Shown: piece by piece, positions 46,481 through 60,095 of the stretch
How the letters are laid out: every line of letters starts with the position of its first letter
Position numbering within the stretch: position 1 is the stretch's first letter
Assembly (NCBI GenBank): GCA_013239625.1
Contig: MU054738.1
Span: forward strand, 6,845,083 to 6,909,082
Length of the DNA: 64,000 nt
Direction of reading: 5' to 3'
From: Lama guanicoe
Taxonomy: Eukaryota
Translations under genes and position numbers: made by a program
Notes under the pieces: model-generated
What the model saw: only the letters and a program-made list of their open reading frames with translations
The model's database searches: none
What the model was told of the DNA's origin: nothing

Positions 46481-49400
46481 CCTCTTCGGAACCCTGACAT
46501 CAGCGGCCGTGGCTGAGCTGAGCTCCCCAAGTCCAGCCTTTCTCTGCCCTAGCAGCCCCAGCATGTCACTGATTGACCCGCATCCTGTAACACCTGCCTT
46601 CCATAGCAGCAGGGACATGTGCATCAGTTCTCGATCAATAACTCCCCCTTGTAGGGGGCATCTGGACTCTAGTGGGCAAGGGGAGACTTCTCTGGAAGGG
46701 CTGAGTCTCTCTGCGGGAAGGTTTGGCACCTGTGTGGACGTGTCTGAGATGCTCCCTCCTGACCCTCTTCCTCAGTCTGCTGTGAACAGCTGCTTTGATG
46801 ACACCCCAGGTTCATTACAACTCTGTCTTTTAAAGTGTTTCCCTTGCGTCCTTAATTCAGTTATTTTTACTAACCTTGCTGTGTGGTAGGTGTTGTGAGT
46901 ATGGGGAGCTCGCCACCCCATAGGACCACGGACCCTGGTGTCTGGGGACAGTAGGAAATTTGGTGCTAAAAATATCAACCAAATACTGTTTGAAAAAGCA
47001 TACTTAGGTGTTAGGGGCGCGTTCTGATGTTTTGGCTGGATTCCTTTTGAGGACTCTCCTGTTGTTCCTCCTGGATCGCGGAGACTGCTTGGTCTCTTTG
47101 ATCTGTCCCTGCTTATCAGTGCAGAGCTTTCCTGGGCATCACTGGGAAAATGGTTTGTGAAATAAGCTTCCCCAGTGAGCTCCCGGGGCTGGGACCTGGT
47201 GGCCTGCTTTTGATCTGTCACCTGTCCTCCAACGTGCCCAGCTCCACTCACATCTGCTGCGTGAGCAGCAGGCGGACACCTGCTTCCCAGGCAGAACCCC
47301 CGCTGGCTGTGGCGGCTGGGTACAGGACTGGACGCACACGGCGGAACACGCCCGCGGTAACCGTAACAGTCATTAATAGTCAGCGTGATAATCGTCTAGC
47401 TGCAGTGGCAACGCACTTGAAAGAATATCTTTTGGGCGTATTTTCCTCAGTGTCCCAGATGTGACAGGAGCATTGGGCTTTTGAAGATGTAAGGGAAACC
47501 CCAGAAGGACCCTTCTGGGACCCAGGTTGAAGGCGCTCATGCTGGTTACTAACCTTGGTTTCTAAACGTGGCACCAGTGGACTTCCTGGACATTTTTTGT
47601 CTGATGTGTTGGAAAAGTGTAACCATGGGCGATGTAACAGTGGGGACAAATCAGGATGGGGGACACCTGACCTCTGCTGACTCTGCAAAGGGCTATCAGC
47701 TGGGGACCCCAGATAAGGGGGGCTCAGAGAACATTCTGGGAGGGGCCTGAGGGGCGGAGGGTGGAGGCAGGGCTGGGACCAGAGGCACATTGTCCTGGTA
47801 ACCCTGGTGACTCTGGGGAGAATGAACAGCTGGGAGCTGCTGCTGTGTGGGAGACAGGTCGTCCCCAGACCAGCCTCTCTGAGCATCACTTGGCCTTTCA
47901 AGGTTTGATTATTTCACAAGGGTTGGAACCTCCCGTTGACACTGAGAGGACTTGGACAGCGGGGGACGTCCTGACGGGCGAGACTCAGCTGCCATAATGG
48001 CCCTGGAAACGCCTGGCCCTCCAGTGCCCCGACCCTCCCTCGGAGCCTGACACCGTCCGTGTCTGTTGGGTCTCATGCCCAGAACCGACATTGCTTCGGT
48101 CTCAGGCCCACGCTCTGAATATCACTGCCGGTTACTAGGGGAGACAGCATTCTGCAACAGGAAAACATGAGTTAGTCAGCCTTTTTATTTGGACTGAGTT
48201 ACGCCTTATTCCCAAATTGTCTTTACATGTATTTTCGTATCTAGTTCTGGCAGAAAGTTCTGAAGAACAACTTGCCCCGCTGCCGACCTGCCATCTTCTC
48301 AAACAGAGGTGTGAAGCATTTCATTAGTGTGCACGCGGGTCTGGGGGCCCGTGAGGGGCGTGCGGGAGCCGCAGAGCCCGTCTGCACGGGCCCGCGTGTC
48401 TGCGCCGGGCAGCTCCGAGAGGGCTGTGCAAGGCCCACACTCGGTGTGCTGGGAGATAGGGCGCTTTTACCTTCTTTGGGAACATACTTGGCATTTCAAA
48501 AAGTGCCTGTGCCACTTCTCGTTAGCAACAGAGCCACTGCCACAGATTTGTGGGTTTCTGATAAAGGCCCTTAGCATCCATTCCTCTCGTACTAATCTCA
48601 ACCACAGCACGTGAGCGCACCGACCCTCACCAGCAGTCACAGCAGACGTGCGGGGAGAGAGATTAGGCTCCGAGCACGTCCGTCTGCAGGTCACTGTGGC
48701 CTCAGGGACCACTGAGGGGCGGGGACAGAGTACTCACAGGGCGCTGGCTGTGGACTGGGTCACCTGGGAAACACACAGCAGCAACAGCAACAAAACACCC
48801 AACAAAACCCTGATGGCTGGGTGCCGCCCACCAGAGACTATCATGTAATAACTAACAAGTAATTGTGACAATAGTTCATTGGTTCGGGGTGGGTCCCCTG
48901 AATGGAAAAATATAAACACTTTCCATATAGTTGCAATACACTGCCAAGGTAGAAACCCCATTCTTAATTCTCCTGTGTCCTTGTCCGACCAAGTGAAGTA
49001 CAGGTTTGATGTGTTAGAGTTAATGGCCTCAGCCAGGATTCAAGGGTAAATTTTGGGCAAACAAGGGATCAAAACTTAAGGTCTGATTTGCTGTCACTAT
49101 TCTGGGGCCACCAACCAGCCCTCTTTGCCTGGACTGAGGGGTTTCTGGGAAGTGAGCTTTGTTTTTAAAACCAGGACTCCTTGGACAAGAATGATAACCT
49201 TGCATCCAGCCACGGGCAAGATTGGTTTTGAGCTGTCCCCCCTCACATGTGCCATGTGTCATGGTTCAAGGACCTTATTCCACACTGACTGACTGGACCC
49301 TTGCTCCCACCCACATGGATCCACAGCGCACCAGCACCGCATTCATTTTCCAGAGGAGGATGCTGCCATTAAGTGACCCCCCCGAGATGGACAGACGGCA

Positions 49401-52069
49401 GATATCCTAAGCCAGGTCTCTTGATTTATTCTGAGTTTTCTTGCTACTAGACCACAACCCCTTGGGCTGTGAGACTGAAGACCACTAGCAGGCTGGTCTT
49501 TTAAGTCATGAAAGCATTAAATGTCAGATTCATGCTATCCTAAAAGTGAAAACCCCACCAGCTTCCTGTTAACCTGTAACTGGAGTCCTGTACGACACAG
49601 TGGGAGCTGTTCAAGGTGAAGGAACACCTGGCAGATGGGGGCGTCCTTGTGGGACGAGACTGGGAGGGCACCTGTTCCAGAGGAAGCTCCTCAGCAGGGA
49701 CTCAGCCCCGCTCACCTGCTCTTCTCCCTCTGGAGTGTGCCCTTCACGAGGACACAGCTGGCACAGTTAGGGTTTTATTCTCAGAGCACAGAGTGCAGGT
49801 GACACGTAGGAGACCAGCGTCTCCCAGTGGCTCTCTCTGCCAAGACCACGTCTAACAGGGTCTGTAGAGGGGCCCTGGTGAGAGGTATTAGAAATGGTCT
49901 TTCCTTTCCGTGGTCCTACTGGGGCACAAGCTGCAGGTCCCTCTAGAACTTTCCTTCTGTCCTGGACAGTCTGGTGAGAGTGGCAAGGTCACAAGGTTAT
50001 TTACAGAAGATGCTCTTGGGAGAAAGCCCTTCAGTTGTAGGTGCTGCCTCATTTCCCTGAACACCTGTGGTACCTCGATGGGGTCCTTAACCCGGCGTGC
50101 TGCGAGGCTCTCTGTCCATCATTCAGTACAGCCTGCTGTCCACCCAGCACAGGAGGCGATGCCCAGTCCAGCAGGGCTGGCCTGCGTGCTTCCCCTCATC
50201 TTTTTTCTGCCTCACACTCTTTGCAGCTCTCCTGGTCCCCTCAAGAAGTATTTTCCTCAAACACTTAGGTGACCGAAGACTTTAGGATCAGAACTTCCTA
50301 CCAGCACACTGGAGGGTGGATGAAATGGTACACTTCTTTTCATGCAATAGGTGTGTTTTTGGAAATGGGTTTGTGGGTAAAACTTTAAAAATGTGGACCA
50401 TTTCCCCAGTAACTGAGCTCACCTTGGGCCCCAGTGTCCATCAGGAACATGAGGGAAGCTGGCTATGGAGGAGCCTTGAAGGGATGTGCCCTGGCCCTGG
50501 CTCACCGTCCAGGGTGGCCGGGAGCGTTGTCACATCATGGGGACCCTGCAGCTGACTCAGACCAGCCTGCGGAAAGGGCTGTAGAGGCCACCGGGGGAAG
50601 GACCCCAAGGACGTGGACAGTGAGGAGAGTGGGGACGGGCCTGTGTCGTGGGTGCTTGGTCCCAGAGCTCAGCTGGACCCACCCGACTTGGAGGACAGCC
50701 CAAGTGCCTGGGTGACAGGACAGGACCTGGGATGAGGCAGTGCCCAGGAGACGGAGGTCACCCAGCGCCTGCGAACACCGGCACCCGCACTGGTCAGAGT
50801 TCATGGGAAGCCAGCACCATCGAGGGTCCAGTCCTTGGCCATCATGACCATGAGCTTAGATGAAATTGGGGGAGCTCAGATGGGGGTCACAGAGCTCAGT
50901 TGAAGGTTGAGGTTTTTTTCCCCCTTCTGTGAGTTATTGTTTTCTCCCCAGAGCACTGAAGATGGGGAGACCAGAGTCTGAGACCCTAGAGAAAGAAAGG
51001 GTATGAGGATGGGGGTGGTTGCTGAAGGGAAAGGAAATAGAGTCACAGCGAATCTGGAGGTGATGGAGGAGGGAGAATACACCCGGGGGTGTAGACAGCC
51101 CTGTGGTTCACGGAATCCTAACACGAGGGCCTGACTGCTCTGCCAGGTCACCTGCTATACAGTGTGGGCTCTTGTCTTATCCTCTGACAGAGCCAGGCTT
51201 CGGGAAGCTGTTGATGCCTCAGCCTCTGGGGGACAACAGTGCCCAGTGTCCACGTGTCCTAAGTGCCTGCTTGGCTTAGCAACTAGCGGCACCAGGCTTG
51301 GGGGTCACCCAGCAGTTCCGCGTTTCCATTAACGCTCAGCTCAGTGGCGCAAGGGAATTGACGGTTCTTCTAATGGAGAGACTTTCTTCTTCTCCCCTTC
51401 AGGGTACTGGGCAGCCGAGAGCCCAGCACGTGCAGCCTAGGGACAGCTCGATTGGAAAGGGATGCTGGTCACTTGGAAAAAGCGTGATTTGGCTAAAACA
51501 CATGGGCACGTAGAAGTATTAGTGTCCAAAGGGAGCAGGTGGGAGCCATTAGAGGGAAGAGAGGTGTGGGGTGAAAGGGGGGGGTCCAAGGGCAGAAAAA
51601 GGGCAGCTAGGTCACCAGCCAAGATCCCCTCCATCACGGTTGTCCCCATACTCACCCTGAGAAGACTGTCCTGGAATCCTCAGACACACCGTGGGCTGGT
51701 GACGTGCCCACCCGCATTCGGCCCGTGGTGGTTCTCCTGCAGTCCAGCTCCGGCCTGGTCTATAGTGAGTTTCTCCGCTGATGGACTGTGATCGGGGCAT
51801 CCATGTGCCCGGTGCACCCCCAGGGCCTCCGCCTCTCCTGGCGTAGTTGAAGGTCAGCCAGAAAAGCCCGTCTTCATCCCAAGTAGGTTGTTTCTACACA
51901 TAGCTGTCACTCCCCAGATTTGAATAATCAGCTTAATGGAACTGGGAAGCTGCAGATAAACTGAATTTCTGAAGTAATGGAATTTTGGCTCCTAAAGCTT
52001 TCATTGTATGCGTATCAGTTTCTATTCCGTGATGCCAAATAGATTATCTTCAAAATTGGCACAGTGTTT

Positions 52070-52240
52070 TCTTTCTTTCCTCTTTTTTTTTTTTCAATTT
52101 GCTATACCATTAAGCATATTTCCATGAGATTGCTTTTACACATGCTTGGATTTTTAAAAGTTGCTTCTTCCTGTATTACCAGAAAATGGAAAGATTTTAG
52201 GGTAGTTCAGTGTAACCAGTGTTTGGATTTTCTCGGGCGT
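52070..52240 (-). mobile_element. Decayed L1ME fragment
   Basis: 'tttcaatttgctataccattaagcatatttccatgagattgcttttacacatgcttgg'. Confidence 0.4.
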
Positions 52241-52479
52241 TGTAACGTTCCAGCCTCATAATTTCTGTGGACTCCAAGGAGAGGGAAGGGTGAGGAGCTG
52301 CTTGGGGAGCTTGGTGTGAGAAAATGAGGAGATTCTTTACAGTGGGAGGCAGTGAAGAGACCAGCTAGGTTATTTTGTCCACAGTGAGAGGGACCACTCC
52401 CAGGCATTTGTGGACTTTAGTCTGGTTCCATCCTAAATGACTCATCTAATGAGCTTTCCATAACCTGCCTTTGGAAGTG

Positions 52480-52810
52480 TCCGCAAACCTACAGGCTTTC
52501 CTGATTAGGAAACTCTTATTCTGATGAATTTTCCTGTGGGTCTGTGTCCTTAGCTGATGATCCCTGTTCATTCTGCCACAGTGCTTTTATCTCCCCAATA
52601 TGACATTGGAAAACTTTTGATTGTGTCTCTCTGTCATGACTTTCTAACTGTTCTCATGCTCACCTCAAGACTCCTTCGACATGCTAATGGCTTCCCCCTC
52701 CCCGAAGGCTCGGGGCCTGTTTCAGAATTTAAGGTGATGGTGGCGAAGTTCATGGCCCAGTGTTAACGCCTGAACGTGAATGAGAATTAGGTCAGTATAG
52801 TGTATCCCAG
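52480..52810 (-). mobile_element. CR1/L3 LINE fragment (an MIR fragment follows at ~52820-52930)
   Basis: 'ttaggaaactcttattctgatg', 'ccccaatatgacattggaaaacttttga', 'ctccttcgacatg', 'ttaaggtgatggtggcgaagt' follow the antisense L3 3' region in order. Confidence 0.55.
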
Positions 52811-54580
52811 GGATGAAGGGTGTAGGGCCTGGAGTGTCTGTGGTCAGTGTGCAGTCTCTCTCGAGCCTTGTGACCTTGAGCAGCTGCATGAGCTTCCCAG
52901 CCTCCGCCTCACTGTGAGATAGAGACAGCTGTGAGTGGAGGGCCAGCGCGGATATGACTGCAGGAGCGAGCCCTGGATGTTTGGGGTCTTGAGTGTGATG
53001 TGAGGTAGAGTTCCTCAGAGTCTGGGGTGTCGGCAAGCTTGCTTGCCATCCTCAGGGCTGCGCCATCTCCGAGGGGCGTGGTCTGCCTCTCCTGGTTGTC
53101 GATACCCGGGTGCCCCGAGCGGGGCTGGCACCTCTGCTAAGAGCCAGCAGCTCTCCCCGCATCATCTCATCATCCCTCTCCTCCGTGGCATCCAGGTGAG
53201 CAGGTGCACGGTCTCTGCTGGGCCACCCTGGAGGGCGGGGCTGCGCAGTGTTTTCAAGATGCCCCCCTCAGTGTGTGAGGACTAGATCGTTTCCTCGCTT
53301 CCACTCTGGGGTCTTGGCCCTGCTGGGGGTGGGAGAGCTGGCCTTCTGTCCTCTCTCACTGTTACCTTCTGCTTTCAGGCACCACACCCGCAGCCCCAGC
53401 CTCAGTGCGGTGTGGGTCCCATCATCAAAGCCTCACACTGACTGCTGTCATGCGCCTGGGCTGTAGGGTGCCAGCGCCCCTCTGCAGGGGGTATGCGGGG
53501 TCCGGGGGCACTGAGTGAGCCCACACCGCAGCTCCAACCCCTGTCTTCACATCAGTGGAAGCCTCTACCCTGTATGGGTTCGGGAAGGGCAGGCTCCCCT
53601 AGGCTCCAGCAGCTACGAGCTCTCTGGCTGAGGCTCCTGGGCTCCCCACCGGCTCCCCACCGCCCTCCACAGGTCTGTATTTGCAGAACGGTCCCTCCTC
53701 TGGGTCCACCAGCTCCATCACTTTCGTCTTACAGAGGATAACTGTCCTCGCCCTGTGTCGTTTGGGCGCTACTAACAAGAGTGTTGCCCTCCACCTGTTG
53801 CCGCAGATTTTTAGATTTTCCTGGTTGTGATGCAAATCAGCCAGCAAGAAACCCCTGAATCCAGGTGCAGCCTTCACCCCAGCTCTTCCTGGCCCGGCTC
53901 CTGGCTGTGATCCTTGATTACATTCCCGAGCTGCTCCCGATTCGGTCATCACTGAGTAAACTCAGTCTGGCACCATGAGTGAACGGTGTTTGGCTGTGTT
54001 TGGCTAAATCTGCCACTGTTTCCTGTGTAATGTGCCAGCTCTGTGCGGGTCCCATTATGGTCTGTGTTCTTCCCCGTTAACTAATGTTCATTCTTGCGAG
54101 AGGAGTCATGGTAACACCTCAGTCATCTAACCTGGCTAGGGTCCAGCTCCTAATGGAAATATATTAAGAGTATCCCTTTGTATCTGGAAAAGCAAACAAA
54201 TGTGGGCTTTCTCGTATTAACCTCTCGAGGGACAGAAATTCACATCTGAAGGAACAAAGCACTCAAAATAGTCTCTAAAATAGAATGAGCTTCTAAGATG
54301 TTTCTCTCTTGGAGAGTCCCCTGTCCATCTGTCACATGGAAGCAGTTCTGTTGATACAGAAATCCCGAATGTGACAAACGGGACCAGGTGAGAGCAGGCT
54401 TTCCCGTGAATGGTGACAGCAGTAGAGCTGGTGGAGCCAGAGGGAGTGAACCTTCTTCCGCAAATCCCACCCTGTCCCAGCGGGGCCGGGGCTGAGGAGG
54501 AGGGCAGAGGGTCCAGGGGAAGGTGGAGGTGGGCCTCCTCCTCCCAGCCCGTCCTTTAGTCAGGACAGGTTAGCTCTCGT

Positions 54581-54583
<3 letters not shown>

Positions 54584-54612
<29 letters not shown>
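54584..54612. repeat. (GT)14 microsatellite
   Basis: Perfect GT dinucleotide run. Confidence 0.97.
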
Positions 54613-57600
54613 CACATGTGTCTGCACAGTTTAAAGGAAGTGTGGGGGCCCCACTCAGTTCTGTGAAATAACCAGAACTCTGTAGAGTGCAGAGCCACCA
54701 GGCGAGTGCCCCATGTGAGCCGTGGGCACAGCAGGGCGAGTGCGGGTATATGCCTCCTTCACTTGGAGATGTTAACACGTGATATTTCTCATCCTTTATC
54801 TCAAACAGATGTCGATCCTGTGTACTTGATAAATACAAATCCATTTTTAAATGACCTAATTTGTGGCAGCCTGTTGTCACCATTATTATACCTAATTTGT
54901 CCAATCAGTGTGTCCCAGGGACACAGCCACCCCACGCAGATCATCCAAACTGATCTGTTGTTCAAAGGGGACTTTTGGTCTTGGGAAGGTTGGAAACGCC
55001 TGCCTTCTGTATTCAGCTCACACATCGTTCCCGGAGTAGGTGATTGTCCCACTGAGCAGTCCTCTGTCCAGTTACTTTGTCCCCCAGCATTTGGGGGAAA
55101 GTCAGTGGTTGCATGAGAACAGCCTCTGCTGCAGCCTACAGGGTGGCTATGTTTGGTGAGCAGATATTCCCTGGACTCGGGGCTAAAGCCCCTGACCAGC
55201 CCCCTCATGCCTGACACTGAAGAACGGATCCAAAGTAGACAGCCGCGGCCACTGCCCCTCCTGCCCGCTACCGTCCGGGCCTCCCAAGAGGCGGAAGGGC
55301 GTTGCCAGGGCCCCCGCCTTGTGCACATTTAGACCCGTTTCCTGCCCCTCCCCGCCCCCTCCGCTGGCTGGGAGTCAGCTGGAATGTGGGTGGAAGGTGT
55401 GGACAGAGTTTGTACACACACCGCCGAGGCCCCTTGTTGGAGCATGGAACCTCCCGCAGGTAAATGGAACCTCCCGCAGGTAAACAGTTGGCTGATTTCA
55501 CACGTGAACCTGTTCCTGGGCTGCCCTGCAGCGTTTTTACAGGAAGGCAGACTGGTCTTTGCATGTGACTTTCACAGAGTCACACGTTTAGGCTCTGTGG
55601 CCACTTTCCATCCTGGGTTCACATTCACGTGGATGAGATGAAGGGACCCTCCTGCGTCATTTCCTGCTGTGGTCTGCGGTGTCCGTGGGCAGGGTTCCTT
55701 GCTGGACACTTGATAAGACGTGGCTTCTCTGTTGAATCCTCGGGTCTGGGAAGCAGTATTTTGGCAGGAAGCAAAACTGTAGAACGCCTCATCAGTCATT
55801 GTGTTTTTCCAGAAGAAGATGGAAGGGCAAGGTACGGAGAGTAAGGAAAGTCTCTTAAGCACCCACCATGTGAAGAGAATGGAGGCTGAGAGAGCTGGCC
55901 TCAGCAATCCCCAGTTTGCCCCAGGAGCAACTGCTTTCTCTTTTCCCATAAAGCAGAGCACAAAGTAGCAAACTCCAGCCCTGATTCCAGAAACGTTTTT
56001 ACTTCTAATCATTTCTCATGCAGCAGCCTCCTGCTGCAAACTCTGGTTTGTGCGTATTGTAGGCAGGGCTTGCTACTTTGGTTTTTGAGAAAGCAAAACA
56101 TGTCCCATGTAGCATGTGGGCACAGTCTCTGAATGTCTCCCGAAAGATATTTGATCTGTCTGCAAATAGTAGCATCACAAGGATTTGGAGCTTACAAGGC
56201 AATGGACTCTAAAAAGTGATGGAACTGAGGTTCAGAAGAAGGAAGACCACGCTCGTAAGTATTCAGAGTCTTCAGGAAGCTTCAAAGAAAATGACTTGGA
56301 GCCATGGAAAACCGGGATGGCGGGTGATCTCTGAACACAGCCAGGAGGTTGGTGGTTACCCTCCCCAAGTGCTGGAGGAGCTGCAGCTCAGCCAGCTTCC
56401 CCTGTTCGTGACAGAGTGACCTGCAAAGGTGGCCAGGATGGCGCGATGGGTGGTTTTTTTTGTTTTTTTTTTTGTTTTTGTCAGTTGTTTAAACAATGGG
56501 GAAAGGCTCATTTCCTATATTCATGTGTTGTATTTATGCAGAGAGCTCAAGATTCGTCCCAGAGGCCACAAGTGAGATTGGCCCTCATGGGTAGGGAGTT
56601 TGGGTGGAGATGACTTCTGTATATTGGTGATGTTTTCTTGGACCCTGAGCGGGCAAGTAGGCTAAAGCTCACGGGTGGGGAGAATGCACTGTCCACTCGA
56701 AGACCCTCTTAGGTGACTGTGCATCAAGTCCTCATGGGAACCAGCAGTGCCATGGAGGGGCCCTGGGGACACGCGGCTCGCTTACGTCTCCTTCCGGGAA
56801 GCAGCTGCAGGTGTAAACGCACAGTGTGGTCCTTGCTCGGTCAGGGGACAAACAGGAGGCAGTTTTGGTCCATTTAAGCAGCGTGCACTGAACAAATCCA
56901 CCCTAACCTCCGAGGTCTGGAACCTTCTCCAGCCCGGGCGCTGAGTGAGGGGACTAAGGTGTCCCAAGGGGAGGAGGGCCGCATCCTCACACGTCCGGGG
57001 AAAGTCTCCATCCTAGAATGAGGTTGGAGACACATGACCTTTCTTGACCTGTGGTGTCAGGCTCCAGCGAGCTGAAGGAACATGGTCCAGGGGGCCTCGG
57101 GCTGTAGGGGGTGCCTGCACGGCCTTTCCAGGGGAGGAAGCTGGAAGGGGGTGGCATATGGGGCTGTCACATCCAGTCTGCCTCTCTGCAGTGCTGGCCT
57201 CCGCTTTAGGAGTATCCGTCACCGAGTCCTTCTATCAAAGTGTAGTCCTGATACAAATTAGTGGGTTCCCAGCACCGGGATTTAGGCCTTCGGGGCACAG
57301 AAGGGGTGTGTGGAGAAGGGCGGTGTTCCGTGTCTGGGAAGTAAGGCCCAGGGAGCACCAGGACAGGCTCCAGAGGTCCAGCTTCTCGAGTCTGGCTTGG
57401 CCAAGAGCCCCACAGAACGGCCCCCGCAAGGAGGGTGTCAGACCCATGGCGGTGGAAACGGGCCCGCAGGGCATGGTCTTCCTGACCTGGTTCCTCCTCC
57501 ACGTCCCCACACCCTCTGCTCAGTTGGCCCTTCCTGGGGAGACTCAGGATAATGAGGCTGCAAACTACTGACTTCAAAAGAAAAAGTTCCTTTTATCTTC

Positions 57601-57807
57601 CCTGGTAAGATTAGGAGGCCAGGCACATTGACTTGTGTCTGAATGCTTTAAACACACTCTTGGGAAAACATAAACAGGATTTATATGAAATGCTTTAATC
57701 CCCCCACAGAGCACTGAACTCTCATGAAGGGGCACCAGCCACTCTAGAGTCGGGTGAGATGATATTTGCTTCTGTCTGTGTCTCACCTGGAACTCGGTAG
57801 TGGCCTA

Positions 57808-57910
57808 CCTTCCATCACGAACATTTCCTGAATGCCTCTTGGACACAGGTGCTGTGCCGGGGAACCAGTGAGCAGAGAGGGTCTGGGGCTGTGAGGAGCT
57901 TGGGGCTCAG
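57808..57910 (-). mobile_element. L2 tail fragment
   Basis: 'ttccatcacgaacatttcctgaatgcctcttggacacaggtgctgtgcc'. Confidence 0.55.
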
Positions 57911-58194
57911 GCTTACAAACAAACCTCCTTTTTTAACTTAGTTCATCTGACTTTCTTCTTCCAGTGAGTCTAGCTGATTCTCACAGAGTTCTGACATCTA
58001 CATGTTCCTAGAAATGTAAGTGTGAGTGGAACTTTGGCAGATGGAATCATCAGTCAGGATGAGTGCTGGGATGTGGCCGTGACCGTGAATTGTTCGGAAA
58101 AGAAATGAGCTCTTACCATATGTTTGGTAAATCAGGACTTTTTCAGCCTCACAGAACTTAACAAGAGAGGAGATTGAAGCTGCAATGGGCTTGT

Positions 58195-58300
58195 TCCATG
58201 GATGCGGAAACGGGGGCCCAGAGAGGTTAAAATATTTTTCGTTGCCACACAGCAGCTGTTGTGATGTCCAGGCTGTGTTTAAAGTGGGATGTATTTGCAT
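58195..58300 (-). mobile_element. MIR fragment
   Basis: 'atggatgcggaaacgggggcccagagaggttaaaata...gccacacagcag'. Confidence 0.75.
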
Positions 58301-59984
58301 GTAGACCCTCAGTTGTACATTGTGATGACGCATTGGACTTTCTGCATCATCTCGAGCCAGAGTAAGGTCAGCAGTTTACAAACGTCATGATAGGAGAAAA
58401 GACACACACTTACTTTACTTTTGCAAAGGAAAGGGGAACTGAGGGAAAGGGGTGTTGCCTCCAACTCACATCCTTAGAAGGGAAGGCAGGTACTCTGTTC
58501 ACTTAAAGTATCTGAAATACTAGTTTTGTTTTCTTAAAATTACTCAAGTTCTTAAAATAATGTGGAGATCAATTTAAAAGTCAGGTGGGACAGAGAGGAA
58601 ATGACTTAAATATCTATTTTCCTTCCCTATGAGTTAATGTCTCCATTGTCCACGTTCTGTTATGTCTTTGGAAATAGTGTCTCTGGAGGTTCATTTTCCT
58701 TTCATTTATTTATCAGCTTATTTTTGGTGGCCCCGTCCAGCCGCCTGCAGCCGCGGCCACAGGGGGAGGGGCCTGGGCCCGTCCGGAAGAGCAGAGTACT
58801 GCTTGCTTTCTGCATCTGAGTGAGCATCTGGCAGAGCCTCCCAGCCCCGGGCTGTCTGTTTGCTTTCAGAGCGTGGCCGGTATTGTCTGATGCTGTGCTG
58901 GCTGCCTAAGAGACTCCTGCCCTCGTCAGTGGCTGATGACCCAGGCGCCCACAACAGTGCTCTCTTCTGTTGCCCGCGGGGCCTCTGAGCTGTTCCTAAT
59001 GGAGCGCTGGGAGTACCTGAGTGCCACGTGGTTCCCAGGGATGGAGAGAGAGCCAGAGGGCCCCACCTCACAGGGTGGGGTCTCCTTGGGCTGTGTCCCC
59101 TTGATAAAATAAAAATCACAACTTGACAAGTGGTGCGTCCGGAGGAGGCTTGGAGGAGTGGGCTCTGTACTGGGGCTCTGAGCCCCTCCAAGTGGGAGGG
59201 CTTATCTGCCTTAGCCCTGGCCTTTATGTCACTTCAAATGGGACTTAGAAGCCACGCTCTAAGTGGATTAGTCCCGAGATTAGCTAGAGTATCCTGTGTT
59301 GAAAGACCTGCGCTTCACTCTCTCCTGAGACCCCGAGGATCTGGGGAGGACCAGTATTTCCAGCATGTTCACAGCAGCTGCCACGCAGGCGACCCCGTGC
59401 TGAGGATGGGGAAAGGGAGGAAGAGGCCGTCCTTTGATGCTGCTTTGTCCCCCAGCTGCTCCCCCAAGACCTGTCCCATCCCTGTGCCCCAGACCCAACA
59501 CCACACCTCACAACCAGCTTGAGGGCCAGAGCATTTCCTAGACAATCACCGTTGGCAAATTGCAGCACTGGGAAGGAAGGTCAGAAGGTCCTGTCCTGGA
59601 AATGTCTGGGCTCTGTTTGACGTTGGGGTCATAATGGAATGACTGCTGTCGGTCCCTCGTTTGGACGAGCAGGGTGAAGAGGAGGGAGGGTGGCAGCCAG
59701 GCTCTCTGGGGCCCCTCAGGGCCTCCCTGTCCAAGCAAAGCCCGGAAGGGGAGGAGGGGACTCCTACTCAGGGGCTGGGCACGTCATTGCTCTCAGCTGC
59801 TGGGGGACAGATGTCATTTACCGAGCGGGGGCTGCTGGATGGGCACCCTGAGGTAGAAGAGGCCTTTGTTAATTACCCACTGTTTCCTAATTCCTGCTGG
59901 AAGGGCAGGGAATGGACAGGCTGCGGGAATTTTCAGTGCAGTTCTGTCCTGCATCCTCATGGCGCCCCTGGAGCCCCAGGAAGG

Positions 59985-60095
59985 GGATCATTGTACAATC
60001 CCCACTGGAAGGGCTTGGGAACTTCCTCAGGGTCACTGCTGACAAGTGGTCGAGCGAAGATTCAAACCTGGAGTTTTCTGTTTACCTGGGACTGA
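59985..60095 (-). mobile_element. MIR fragment
   Basis: 'aacttcctcagggtcactgctgacaagtggtcgagcgaagattcaaacctgg'. Confidence 0.65.

Noticed and set aside
22333-55483. Short tandem or direct repeats as CRISPR-like arrays
   Set aside because: Only 2-3 abutting copies, no unique spacers, eukaryotic context
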